Positions 47,265-56,225 of a DNA stretch of 58,744 bases are shown piece after piece. The notes beneath the pieces are model-generated. The model was not told the origin of the DNA and ran no database searches. It was given only the letters and a program-made list of their open reading frames with translations. How positions within the stretch are numbered: position 1 is the stretch's first letter; every line of letters starts with the position of its first letter. Made by a program: the position numbers and the translations under genes. Source of the stretch: Campylobacterota bacterium. Lineage in GTDB: Bacteria > Campylobacterota > Campylobacteria > Campylobacterales > Sulfurimonadaceae. The stretch covers positions 8,949 through 67,692 of the forward strand of contig JAYEMF010000138.1 of NCBI GenBank assembly GCA_034717975.1, read 5' to 3'.

Positions 47265-47528
47265 ATGACCATTGATGGCGATACCCTTGAAATCGAGCTC
47301 GATATGGACATCAAAGATGTCGTTGAGCTGAAAAACTTTGTAGCTGACAGGCTCGAGTATATCGAAGCTGTCACTATTACAGGAGAGATGGATGCCTTTA
47401 CCTCCTCTTCCCTGTTCCAACTGCTTCACAGTATCAAAAGATCAAAGCCGTCGATCACTATCAATGCGATCGATGCGGATTTAATGCTTGAGCAGTATGG
47501 CCTGATACATTGGGTGAAACATGACTAA
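47265..47528 (+). CDS. STAS (SpoIIAA / anti-sigma-antagonist-like) domain protein
   Basis: 87 aa. LEIELDMDIKDVVELKNFVADRL...VTITGEMDAFTSSSLFQLLHSIKRS...ITINAIDADLMLEQYGL follows the STAS beta-alpha pattern with a Ser-rich loop at the phospho-Ser position. The ATG abuts the MCP stop, and there is an 8-nt overlap with cheA. Confidence 0.6.
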   Translation: MTIDGDTLEIELDMDIKDVVELKNFVADRLEYIEAVTITGEMDAFTSSSLFQLLHSIKRSKPSITINAIDADLMLEQYGLIHWVKHD

Positions 47529-49653
47529 AGAGCAGATACGTGAGATTTTCATCGAAGAAGCGACAGAGATCATCGAAAAACTCGATGTCGATATCATCAA
47601 CTTCGAAGAGAATCCCGAAGACAAAGAACTCCTGCATGGACTCTTCCGTGGCGTCCATACCCTGAAAGGGAGTGCCAACTCCTTTGGCTTTACCCGTCTG
47701 GGTGAGTTTGTCCACCACTTTGAGGATGTGCTTGATCATTACCGTAATACCGATGATGAAGTGACACCGCAGAGTATAGATCTCTTTTTGACCGCGGTGG
47801 ACATTATTAAAGATGTGATGTGGCGTGAGGTCGATGGCAATGAAGGCGTGCCGGACACTTACAATGAGACACTGGCGGGGATCAAAGCGATCCTTGCCTA
47901 TAAAACAGGTGAAACGGCAGAGGAAGAAGCTCTTCCTGATCTTGCAGCCGAGTTTGCAGAAGTACCTGTGAATGCACCGGCAGAAGTGACAGCCGGAGGC
48001 CATTTCAATGAAGAGGATATCAAGCGCTTTAAGACGATGCTTGAAGATGGTGAAGAGCTCTATCATATCGCACTGACACTCGATGATGATATCTACTTTC
48101 GCGGCTTTGATCACGCCAAGATATTCAAACTTTTAAAGGATGAGGGACACCTCCTCGAATCATGGTGGGATATGGGTGATGTTCCGGAACTTGCAAAGCT
48201 CGATCCGGAACGATGTTTCATTAAACGGGTTGATCTTTTTCTGGCCAGCCGCAATATCGCTTCAGATATCGAGGAGATCTTTGAGTATATCGATGAGCAT
48301 GAGTTTACCTTTCAGCACATGGAAAAAGAGCCGCCTCCGCCGAAACCAGAGCCAAAGCCGCTTAGAGAGGAAGATATCAAGTTTGGCCGTCGGCAAGAAG
48401 ATAATGAGCCAGAACCATCAGGCAGACGCAAGTCAGATAGAAAAGAACCCGATGTCAGTCGCGGCCGCCGTAAAAATGATGCCCGTTCCTTTGTCAAGAT
48501 CGATACCAATAAACTTGATGAACTCTTTGACTCGGTAGGAGAGTTGGTCATCGCGCAGAACTATATCGCTGAGAGTGAAGATATTAAAAAGATCAAACAT
48601 GAGGGTGTGAACAAAACCATGAATCACCTTTCAAAGATCACCCGTCTTATTCAGAACCGGGTCATGTCTTTACGGATGGTCGCGGTCAGTGATACCTTTG
48701 AGAAGATGAAGCGGGTAGCACGCGATGCTTCCAAGAAAGTAAACAAAGAGATCTCACTGGAGATCGAAGGCGGCGATACCGAGATCGATAAGACTATGGT
48801 CGATGCGCTCTCTGATCCGCTCATTCACATTATGCGTAATGCGATCGATCACGGGATTGAAGATGATGTTTCAGACCGTATCGCGCTCAATAAAACGGAG
48901 ACCGGTGTTATTTCACTTCGGGCATTCCATCGTGGCGGCAACATTGCCATCGAGGTCTCCGATGATGGTCGCGGTATTAACCGTGATAAAGTCTTTGCCA
49001 AAGCGGTTGAGCGTGGACTGATCAATGAAGATGATGAGCTGAGTGATTCGCAGGTCTTCGCTCTGATTATGCAGGCCGGTTTTTCAACGGCTGATGTGAT
49101 CAGTGATATCTCCGGACGCGGGGTAGGGCTGGATGTGGTACGAAGTTCCATTGAGAAGCTTCATGGCCGGGTGGAAATTTCATCAGAAGTAGGTAAAGGC
49201 TCGACTTTTACCATTTTACTTCCGCTGACACTGGCCATTATAGACGGTATGGTCGTTAAAAGTGCCAACGATACCTTTATCATTCCGACACTTTCCGTAG
49301 TGGAGTCATTTATCCCTTCCAAAGAGATCGTACACTCCATCAAACAGCAGGGTGAGTTTGTCGACCTTCGGGGTGAGATGATCCCGATCGTCCGACTCAA
49401 TCATGTATTAGAGATCAGTGAAGATAAACCGGAGATCTGCGAGTCGACACTGATGTGTGTCGAGAGTGATAAGGGCAAGTATGCCGTGTTGGTCGATGAT
49501 CTTATCGGCCGCCAGCAGGTGGTCATCAAGTCACTTGGCCCGACACTTTCGAAGATCAAAGAACTCTCCGGCAGTGCCATCATGGGTAGCGGTGAGATCG
49601 CATTGATCCTGGATGTTGAACAGCTGTTGATTCAGGGGGAGGCAAAAGAGTGA
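47521..49653 (+). CDS. cheA: chemotaxis histidine kinase CheA (no fused receiver)
   Basis: P1 Hpt (LFRGVHTLKGSANSFGF), a PPPPKPEPKP linker, a dimerisation domain, the kinase core (DPLIHIMRNAIDHGIE, SDDGRGIN, GRGVGLDVV) and a P5 CheW-like end. Confidence 0.95.
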   Translation: MTKEQIREIFIEEATEIIEKLDVDIINFEENPEDKELLHGLFRGVHTLKGSANSFGFTRLGEFVHHFEDVLDHYRNTDDEVTPQSIDLFLTAVDIIKDVMWREVDGNEGVPDTYNETLAGIKAILAYKTGETAEEEALPDLAAEFAEVPVNAPAEVTAGGHFNEEDIKRFKTMLEDGEELYHIALTLDDDIYFRGFDHAKIFKLLKDEGHLLESWWDMGDVPELAKLDPERCFIKRVDLFLASRNIASDIEEIFEYIDEHEFTFQHMEKEPPPPKPEPKPLREEDIKFGRRQEDNEPEPSGRRKSDRKEPDVSRGRRKNDARSFVKIDTNKLDELFDSVGELVIAQNYIAESEDIKKIKHEGVNKTMNHLSKITRLIQNRVMSLRMVAVSDTFEKMKRVARDASKKVNKEISLEIEGGDTEIDKTMVDALSDPLIHIMRNAIDHGIEDDVSDRIALNKTETGVISLRAFHRGGNIAIEVSDDGRGINRDKVFAKAVERGLINEDDELSDSQVFALIMQAGFSTADVISDISGRGVGLDVVRSSIEKLHGRVEISSEVGKGSTFTILLPLTLAIIDGMVVKSANDTFIIPTLSVVESFIPSKEIVHSIKQQGEFVDLRGEMIPIVRLNHVLEISEDKPEICESTLMCVESDKGKYAVLVDDLIGRQQVVIKSLGPTLSKIKELSGSAIMGSGEIALILDVEQLLIQGEAKE

Positions 49654-50480
49654 GCCGGGAGCATGACCTTACCATAGCCGAGTTTAAGAAGTTTCAGCAG
49701 CTGATCTATGACGAGATCGGTATCTCGCTGGCTGATCATAAACGTACACTGGTCCAGTCACGTTTGAGAAAATGGCTGAGTGAATTTGACATGCCAAACT
49801 ACAAAGCGCTATATAAGAAGATAGCAGATGATAAAAGCGGCCAGATGTTAACGATGCTTGTCAATGCGATTACGACCAATGTGACCTCTTTCTTTCGGGA
49901 GGAGAACCAGTGGATCTATCTGCAGGAGCATATGGCTGAACTGTTTGATACAAAGAGCAAACGCATCCGTATCTGGTCGGCAGCCTGTTCCAGCGGACAG
50001 GAGCCCTACAGCATCATTATGTTTTTGAAAGAGCACCTGGCCAACTTTCATCAGTGGGACATCAAAATCCTGGCGACAGATATCTCCGAAGAGATCCTGC
50101 ATAAAGCCACAGAAGGTATTTATGCCCAAAAAGATGTGGAAAACCTGCCGCGTCATATAGTGCATAATTATTTTACGGTGGTAAAAGATAAAAAGGGTCT
50201 CAAGGCCTTTGCCATCAAAGAGGAGCTCAAGAAGTACATCACCTTTCGTGCCTTTAATCTTGTCACAGGTAACTTTGGACTCTTTAAAAACAACTTCGAC
50301 ATGATCTTCTGCCGTAATGTCATGATCTACTTTGACCGTCCAACGCAGAACACACTGCTTGAACAGTTCGCAAAACGGCTTGACAAGCATTCGAGACTCT
50401 TTATCGGGCACTCCGAGTCGATTCACAATAAAGAGGGAAGCTACAAGATGGTTGTCCCCTCGATCTATAGACTACAGTAA
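49650..50480 (+). CDS. cheR: chemotaxis protein methyltransferase CheR
   Basis: NVTSFFRE, IRIWSAACSSGQEPYSI, ILATDIS, FDMIFCRNVMIYFD. The GTG start overlaps the cheA stop (GTGA). Confidence 0.9.
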   Translation: MSREHDLTIAEFKKFQQLIYDEIGISLADHKRTLVQSRLRKWLSEFDMPNYKALYKKIADDKSGQMLTMLVNAITTNVTSFFREENQWIYLQEHMAELFDTKSKRIRIWSAACSSGQEPYSIIMFLKEHLANFHQWDIKILATDISEEILHKATEGIYAQKDVENLPRHIVHNYFTVVKDKKGLKAFAIKEELKKYITFRAFNLVTGNFGLFKNNFDMIFCRNVMIYFDRPTQNTLLEQFAKRLDKHSRLFIGHSESIHNKEGSYKMVVPSIYRLQ

Positions 50481-50489
50481 GGATAGAGT

Positions 50490-51380
50490 ATGGAAATTTC
50501 AGAAACTACTGACAACGAGCTGCTTCAGGAGATTAGCCGCCGTTTTGAAGAGAAGGCATCTTCGATCAAAGAGATGGAGTTTATGACCAAAAAACTTCTT
50601 GAACTCAATGAAAAGAACAAAGAGGCGCAGGAGGTCAAAAGCAAGTTTCTCTCACTGATCAAAAATGAGTTCAATAATCCGATGTCATCTTTGCTTAATC
50701 TTGTCAATATGATGGTTAAAAAGGCGGATGATGCCCGTATGGCGGACTTGTCCGGAATGATGAAAATGGAGCTGCTCAAACTTGATTTCAGCCTGAAAAA
50801 TATCTTCGCCGCGTCGGAGATCGAAGCCGGCGAGATCGCCAATGACTACTCCAAGGTTGAGATCAAAGATATTCTGGATGAAGTGATTGACTATTTCAGC
50901 TATCTCATTGCAGAAAAATCACTTGAGATCAACTATAGCTGCAACTGTGATGAACAGATCATCAGCGACTCCCAAAAACTCGATACGATCTTGCTCAATC
51001 TTGTCTCAAATGCCTGCGAATACTCCTTTGAAAACTCACATATCAATGTCATCGTAGATTGTGATGAGATGAACTACTCCATTACGGTCGAAGATGCAGG
51101 AGAAGGTGTATCGCATGACCATGCCAAAGATATCTACAACCGCTTTTCGCATTTCGAGTCTGGTAAAACACGCCGTACCGCCGGTCTTGGTCTGGGACTG
51201 AGCGTCACACGCGGGATGGTGGAAGCCCTGGAAGGCTCTATCGATAACATTACCAAAGAGGGGAAAACGATATTTATCGTCACAATCCCGAAAGTCAATG
51301 AAGAGCAGGTCGAACTTTCGCAAGGGATCGGCTCGAATGAGTTTATCTTTGATGATGGTGAAGGAATGGTGGAGTTCTAA
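50490..51380 (+). CDS. soluble histidine-kinase-like GHKL ATPase lacking the H-box histidine
   Basis: Coiled-coil N-terminus. The DHp-like helix reads KSKFLSLIKNEFNNPMSSLL, with Asn where SHELRTPL has His. The N box (LLNLVSNACEYS), G1 (VEDAGEGV), F (IYNRF) and G2 (GLGLGLSV) are intact. No TM or sensor domain. Confidence 0.75.
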   Translation: MEISETTDNELLQEISRRFEEKASSIKEMEFMTKKLLELNEKNKEAQEVKSKFLSLIKNEFNNPMSSLLNLVNMMVKKADDARMADLSGMMKMELLKLDFSLKNIFAASEIEAGEIANDYSKVEIKDILDEVIDYFSYLIAEKSLEINYSCNCDEQIISDSQKLDTILLNLVSNACEYSFENSHINVIVDCDEMNYSITVEDAGEGVSHDHAKDIYNRFSHFESGKTRRTAGLGLGLSVTRGMVEALEGSIDNITKEGKTIFIVTIPKVNEEQVELSQGIGSNEFIFDDGEGMVEF

Positions 51381-51490
51381 TGAGCCCTTCTATTCTGGAT
51401 AGAATTAGCTTTAGTGCCAGAGCGGTAAGTGTTCACTGTACGGGCTTAGCCCGTACAGTGACCAAAAAAATAGTTTTGGTGGAGTTCTAA
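51381..51490 (+). repeat. 110-bp insert between HK-like gene and cheD, bounded by a 14-bp direct repeat
   Basis: TGGTGGAGTTCTAA occurs at 51367-51380 and 51477-51490. Inside lie a perfect 12-bp-stem hairpin CACTGTACGGGC-tta-GCCCGTACAGTG (51434-51460) and a 6-bp hairpin TTCTAT-tctgg-ATAGAA. Frame 51380..51490 is open (36 codons). Confidence 0.8.
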
Positions 51491-51955
51491 ATGTACACCC
51501 GGAAGTTTATCCACGTTGGTGAGATCCATATCGGTGCCAGACCGACCGAGATCAGTACGATCCTGGGTTCATGTATCGCCGTGTGCCTCTATGACAATAT
51601 CCAGCGTGTCGGTGGTATGAACCACTATCTGGTTCCTTTATGGAATGAGAACGGCCTGCAGACGCCGAAATTTGGCAATATCTCCATCCCGAGACTGATC
51701 GAGAGTATGGTCAATGTCGGGTGTGATGTTCACAATATGGAAGCCAAAGTGTTCGGCGGCGGCAATGTGATCGATATAAAGCAGGAAGATATGATGATCG
51801 GACGAAAGAACATCCTGATCGCCAAAGAGATATTGCGGGAGTATGGTATTCCCATCACTGCACAGGATGTCGGTGGCGAGAAGGGCAGACGGATTATGAT
51901 GCGCAGTGACACAGGAAAGATTTTTTTGAAATATACACAGAAAAGTGAAGAGTAG
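51491..51955 (+). CDS. cheD: chemoreceptor glutamine deamidase CheD
   Basis: ILGSCIAVCLYD (catalytic Cys context), NHYLVP, AKVFGGGNV. Confidence 0.9.
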   Translation: MYTRKFIHVGEIHIGARPTEISTILGSCIAVCLYDNIQRVGGMNHYLVPLWNENGLQTPKFGNISIPRLIESMVNVGCDVHNMEAKVFGGGNVIDIKQEDMMIGRKNILIAKEILREYGIPITAQDVGGEKGRRIMMRSDTGKIFLKYTQKSEE

Positions 51956-51958
51956 AGT

Positions 51959-53002
51959 ATGGGAATAAATGTTCTTGTAGTCGATGACAGTGCCACGGCA
52001 CGGGCAATTCTGACTGAAATACTTCAAAGTGATTCTGAAATCGGCAGGATAGATACCGCTCCTGATGCCTACATCGCCCGTGATAAGATCGTAAAATCCC
52101 GTCCCGATGTTGTCTGCCTGGACGTCGAGATGCCTCGGATGGACGGGATCACTTTTTTAAGAAAGCTGATGCAGCATATGCCGATCCCGGTCGTGATGGT
52201 CTCATCGTTGACCCAAAAAGGGGCACAGACTACACTGGATGCGCTTGAAGCCGGAGCGGTTGATTTCATTCCCAAACCCCATTCAAACATCTACGAGAGT
52301 TCCGATGATATCCGTGAAGAGCTGCTCGAGAAGGTCAAAAATGCTGCGTATGCCCATGTGACCAAACACGTGAATACAGGGCCGGCTAAACACCTGAGTT
52401 ACCATAGTTCACTTTCGGAGACGACCCAGAAGCTGATCGCCATAGGAGCCTCCACCGGTGGTGTTGAAGCGCTTAAAGCTTTTTTGACCCAGTTTCCGCG
52501 TAATGCACCGGGTATGTTGATCGTTCAGCACATGCCGGCTGATTTTACCAAGCAGTTTGCCGAGCGTCTGGACGGTGTCTGTGAGATCGATGTCAAAGAG
52601 GCCAAAAACGGTGACACGGTCAATATAGGCGAGGCACTGCTGGCTCCAGGGGATATGCATATGGTCCTTCGGCGTTCCGGACACCGCTACTATGTCCAAC
52701 TGGGCGGTGGAGATAAAGTTTCAGGTCACCGCCCTTCGGTGGACGTCATGTTCAACTCTGTTGCCAAAACGGCCGGTGTCAATGCGCTTGGCGTAATTTT
52801 GACCGGAATGGGCTCTGATGGTGCCAAAGGATTGACCAATATGCGTAAATCCGGTGCCATGACCTTTGGACAGGATAAAAAAAGTTCTACCGTTTACGGT
52901 ATGCCAAAGGTGGCTTTCGAACTGGGTGGTGTGGCCAAGCAAAGCTCCCTTGAAGCACTGCCTGGAGATATGTTGCGTCATCTTGAGAAGATGGAGAGCT
53001 AA
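51959..53002 (+). CDS. cheB: protein-glutamate methylesterase CheB (REC + esterase)
   Basis: REC domain (VLVVDDSATAR, VVCLDVEMPRMDG) and esterase domain (IAIGASTGG, LIVQHMP, SGHRPSVD, GMGSDGA). Confidence 0.95.
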   Translation: MGINVLVVDDSATARAILTEILQSDSEIGRIDTAPDAYIARDKIVKSRPDVVCLDVEMPRMDGITFLRKLMQHMPIPVVMVSSLTQKGAQTTLDALEAGAVDFIPKPHSNIYESSDDIREELLEKVKNAAYAHVTKHVNTGPAKHLSYHSSLSETTQKLIAIGASTGGVEALKAFLTQFPRNAPGMLIVQHMPADFTKQFAERLDGVCEIDVKEAKNGDTVNIGEALLAPGDMHMVLRRSGHRYYVQLGGGDKVSGHRPSVDVMFNSVAKTAGVNALGVILTGMGSDGAKGLTNMRKSGAMTFGQDKKSSTVYGMPKVAFELGGVAKQSSLEALPGDMLRHLEKMES

Positions 53003-54267
53003 TGCAAAATGTACTGATCGTTGATGACAGCAAATTTATCCGCACTATTGCCGAAGAGGAGATTTTGCGTGTTGTCGATGCCAATATTGTCACGGCGGCA
53101 TCTTACAAAGAGACGCAAGCGATCATTAAAGAGCATGCGTTCCATGTAGCCGTACTGGATGTTCATCTTCCCGATGCGGAGAAGGGCGAGGTGATCGACC
53201 TGCTTGTGGAGAAAAATGTTCCCGTTGTCGTCTTGACCGGGGGAATGAATGCAACGACAAAAGAGATTATTCTTAATAAAGAGATCATCGAGTATGTCAC
53301 CAAAAGTGACCCTCAAACTATCAAATATATGGCTGCCATTGTTAAACGGGTCCTGAAAAATTATGATGAGCATGTCCTGATCGTGGATGACTCCAAGAGT
53401 TCCAGAATGTTGTCGAAGATGTACCTTGAAAAACTCAAAGTCAACGTATTGGAAGCGAGCAGTGCCAAAGAAGCTATGGAGATGATCAATGCAACTGAGC
53501 ATCACGTCTCTTTGGTCCTGACTGATTATGAGATGCCGGATATGAACGGTATGGAGCTGGCCATGCAGCTGCGTCAGAGTTATAGTAAAGACCAGCTCTC
53601 CATTATTGCTGTAAGCGGCACTGAAATGTCACATATAGCTACAGACTTTTTACGCCACGGGGCCAATGACTTTATTAAAAAACCGTTCACCTATGAAGAG
53701 TTCGCCGTACGGGTCAATGTCAACCTTGAACTGATCGACCTTTTTATCGAGAGTAAAGAGAGTGCCAACAAAGATTTTATGACCGGCCTCTATAACCGCC
53801 GTTTTTTCTTTGAGAGCGGTGAGCCCCTGTTAGCCAAAGCTCAGAGAAAGAAGAGACCGTTAGCTGTAGTGATGTTGGATATTGACTTCTTCAAGCGCGT
53901 CAACGATACTTATGGCCATGATGTGGGTGATATTGCCATTAAAGAGGTAGGAAAGGTTCTCCATAAAATGCTTCGCCAATCAGACCTGATCGCGAGGTTT
54001 GGCGGTGAGGAGTTCTGTCTCCTGCTTGAAGATGTGACGTTGGAAGATCTTGAGAAAAAGTTTGAAGCCATCCGTGCCGTATTTGAAAAAAATGTCATCA
54101 CAGTCGATGATGTCAGCTTCTCCTATACCATTTCCACAGGTATATGTTATGGTCTTGATGATTCGCTAGAGACTCTGATCAAGTACTCCGATGAAGCACT
54201 CTATGACGCGAAAGAGGGCGGGCGCAACAGGGTGGTCATTAAAAACCTGCATACCGGAGATGATTAG
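53002..54267 (+). CDS. REC-REC-GGDEF response regulator diguanylate cyclase (operon output)
   Basis: Two receivers (LIVDDSKF...VLDVHLPD and LIVDDSKS...VLTDYEMPDMNG...IKKPF), then GGDEF with I-site plus active site RQSDLIARFGGEEF. The ATG overlaps the cheB stop (TAATG). Confidence 0.9.
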   Translation: MQNVLIVDDSKFIRTIAEEEILRVVDANIVTAASYKETQAIIKEHAFHVAVLDVHLPDAEKGEVIDLLVEKNVPVVVLTGGMNATTKEIILNKEIIEYVTKSDPQTIKYMAAIVKRVLKNYDEHVLIVDDSKSSRMLSKMYLEKLKVNVLEASSAKEAMEMINATEHHVSLVLTDYEMPDMNGMELAMQLRQSYSKDQLSIIAVSGTEMSHIATDFLRHGANDFIKKPFTYEEFAVRVNVNLELIDLFIESKESANKDFMTGLYNRRFFFESGEPLLAKAQRKKRPLAVVMLDIDFFKRVNDTYGHDVGDIAIKEVGKVLHKMLRQSDLIARFGGEEFCLLLEDVTLEDLEKKFEAIRAVFEKNVITVDDVSFSYTISTGICYGLDDSLETLIKYSDEALYDAKEGGRNRVVIKNLHTGDD

Positions 54268-54363
54268 TCTCTAAGAGTTCTTCTCTTGACTCTGTTTGTA
54301 TCTTCAAGTTTTATAGGGCTTGAAAGTGATAAAATCACACTATAAAGAGACAGATGGGGCAGT

Positions 54364-55473
54364 ATGGATTGTAAACATTTTGGAGAGTGCGGCAGTTGCC
54401 GAAATTATGAAGGCGGTTATGAAACGCAGTTAACCTCTAAACGCACCAAAATAGAAATGATGTTTGCATCGCTTTACCGTGGTGAAATCACCCTGTTTGC
54501 ATCACCTGAGGAGCATTATCGTGCCCGTTCCGAATTCAAGGTATGGCATGTCGGTGATAAAAGTCACTATGCCATGAACGCTTTGGATCATAAGGGTGTC
54601 GTGCTGCTCGAAGAGTGTCCCAAAGTAATCAGGCCTATCAGCGACCTGATGTTTGATCTGCTTGAAGCCATCAAATCTGAATCGATAGATAAAAAGCTCT
54701 TTGGTATGGACTTTTTGAGCTCCAGTGAGGGTGAGATCGCCGTTTCCATGCTCTATCATAAAAAACTGGATGAGGCGTGGCAGGCCAAGGCAGAAAAACT
54801 ATCCAGGCAGTTTGGCATTCACATTATCGGCCGAAGCCGAAAGCAGAAAGTGGTTATCGGGCAGGATTATGTGACTGAAACCCTGCAGATCGCTGGAAAA
54901 AACTATGAGTTCCAACAGATCGAAAACAGCTTTACCCAGCCAAATCCGCGTGTCAATGAGAAGATGGTCGGCTGGGCAATGGAGCAGTTCGATGGCATCG
55001 GCGGGGATCTGCTTGAACTCTATTGCGGTGCCGGAAATTTCACTATTCCTTTTGCCTCGAAATTTGATAAAGTCCTTGCTACCGAGATCTCCAAATCTTC
55101 GATCAATGCAGCGAAGAAAAATATGCAGCTTAACGGGGTTACAAACATCGATTTTGTCCGTATGAGTGCCGAAGAGTTTGTGCAGGCGCTTGATGGTGTG
55201 CGTGAATTCAGGCGAATGGCCGAGATCGATCTCTCAAGTTATGTACTGAAAACACTCTTTGTCGATCCGCCGCGTGCAGGGATGGATGAAGCGAGTTGCG
55301 ATTTTGCGGCGAGGCATGAGAACCTTCTTTATATCTCCTGTAATCCTGAAACGCTTAAACGTGATCTAGAGCGTCTCTCCTCAACCCATACCATTCAATC
55401 AATGGCACTCTTCGATCAGTTTCCCTATACCGATCATCTGGAAATGGGTGTCATGTTAAAAAAGGAGTCATAA
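54364..55473 (+). CDS. trmA: tRNA (uracil(54)-C5)-methyltransferase
   Basis: CKHFGECGSC N-terminus and a SAM MTase domain (LLELYCGAGNFTIP, LFVDPPRAG, YISCNP). Confidence 0.85.
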   Translation: MDCKHFGECGSCRNYEGGYETQLTSKRTKIEMMFASLYRGEITLFASPEEHYRARSEFKVWHVGDKSHYAMNALDHKGVVLLEECPKVIRPISDLMFDLLEAIKSESIDKKLFGMDFLSSSEGEIAVSMLYHKKLDEAWQAKAEKLSRQFGIHIIGRSRKQKVVIGQDYVTETLQIAGKNYEFQQIENSFTQPNPRVNEKMVGWAMEQFDGIGGDLLELYCGAGNFTIPFASKFDKVLATEISKSSINAAKKNMQLNGVTNIDFVRMSAEEFVQALDGVREFRRMAEIDLSSYVLKTLFVDPPRAGMDEASCDFAARHENLLYISCNPETLKRDLERLSSTHTIQSMALFDQFPYTDHLEMGVMLKKES

Positions 55474-56217
55474 ATGAGAATACTTTTAGGTCTGTTTGTA
55501 ACGGCGCTGCTGCTTTTGGGAAATGAAGTCGAGCGTATTGAGAGTATTGTCAATGATGTGACCAAGCTTCGTCAGAACTATGAAGGGTGTAGAGCCCAAC
55601 TTGCTGCAGTGGAGCGCGGAGAGGGCGGGAACAGTGATGAAAAAATGCTTGCGCTTCAACGCGAGATCCAATCACAGCGAGATCTGTACGAACGTGAAAT
55701 AGAGCGGATGAAAAACGAGCTTATCGTAAGCGAAAAGAAACTCGTCTTGGTGACGCGTTCACTCAAGGATGCCAAGGAAAAAAAGGGTGAGTATAAACAG
55801 CATCTCAATGCTCAGCAGCAAGTGGCAGGTAAACAGAAAAGCACTCAGGTGAAAACAGTCTATGTCACGGCTGATGCTGCGTCCTGTCCCGATCCCAATC
55901 CCTTTCCAAAACTCCTGATGAAAAAGGAGTATACGGCGATGAAGAGCAATGGTACACTGAAAAGTTCCGCTGGAAAAGAAGCGGTGGAAAAACGGACCCA
56001 CTTTAAAGCCAGAGCTTTTAGAATGAAAAACAGGGCCAGGGTCTATGATGCACCCAAAGGTAAAGTGATAGCGACATGGGAGGCAAAAACATCGTTTACC
56101 TCCGGGGAGAAAGAGGGTGACTGGATCAGAATCACCGGTTATTTTATAGATAAAAAATGGCGCCCAAATCGGGATCGTGAGATGTGGGTCGAAAAGAAAA
56201 ATACGATCAGTCGGTAG
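55474..56217 (+). CDS. secreted coiled-coil protein with C-terminal SH3b-like domain
   Basis: Signal peptide MRILLGLFVTALLLLG, a coiled-coil middle part, and C-terminal ARVYDAPKGKVIATWEAKTSFTSGEKEGDWIRITGYF. Confidence 0.5.
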   Translation: MRILLGLFVTALLLLGNEVERIESIVNDVTKLRQNYEGCRAQLAAVERGEGGNSDEKMLALQREIQSQRDLYEREIERMKNELIVSEKKLVLVTRSLKDAKEKKGEYKQHLNAQQQVAGKQKSTQVKTVYVTADAASCPDPNPFPKLLMKKEYTAMKSNGTLKSSAGKEAVEKRTHFKARAFRMKNRARVYDAPKGKVIATWEAKTSFTSGEKEGDWIRITGYFIDKKWRPNRDREMWVEKKNTISR

Positions 56218-56225
56218 GTCAGAGT

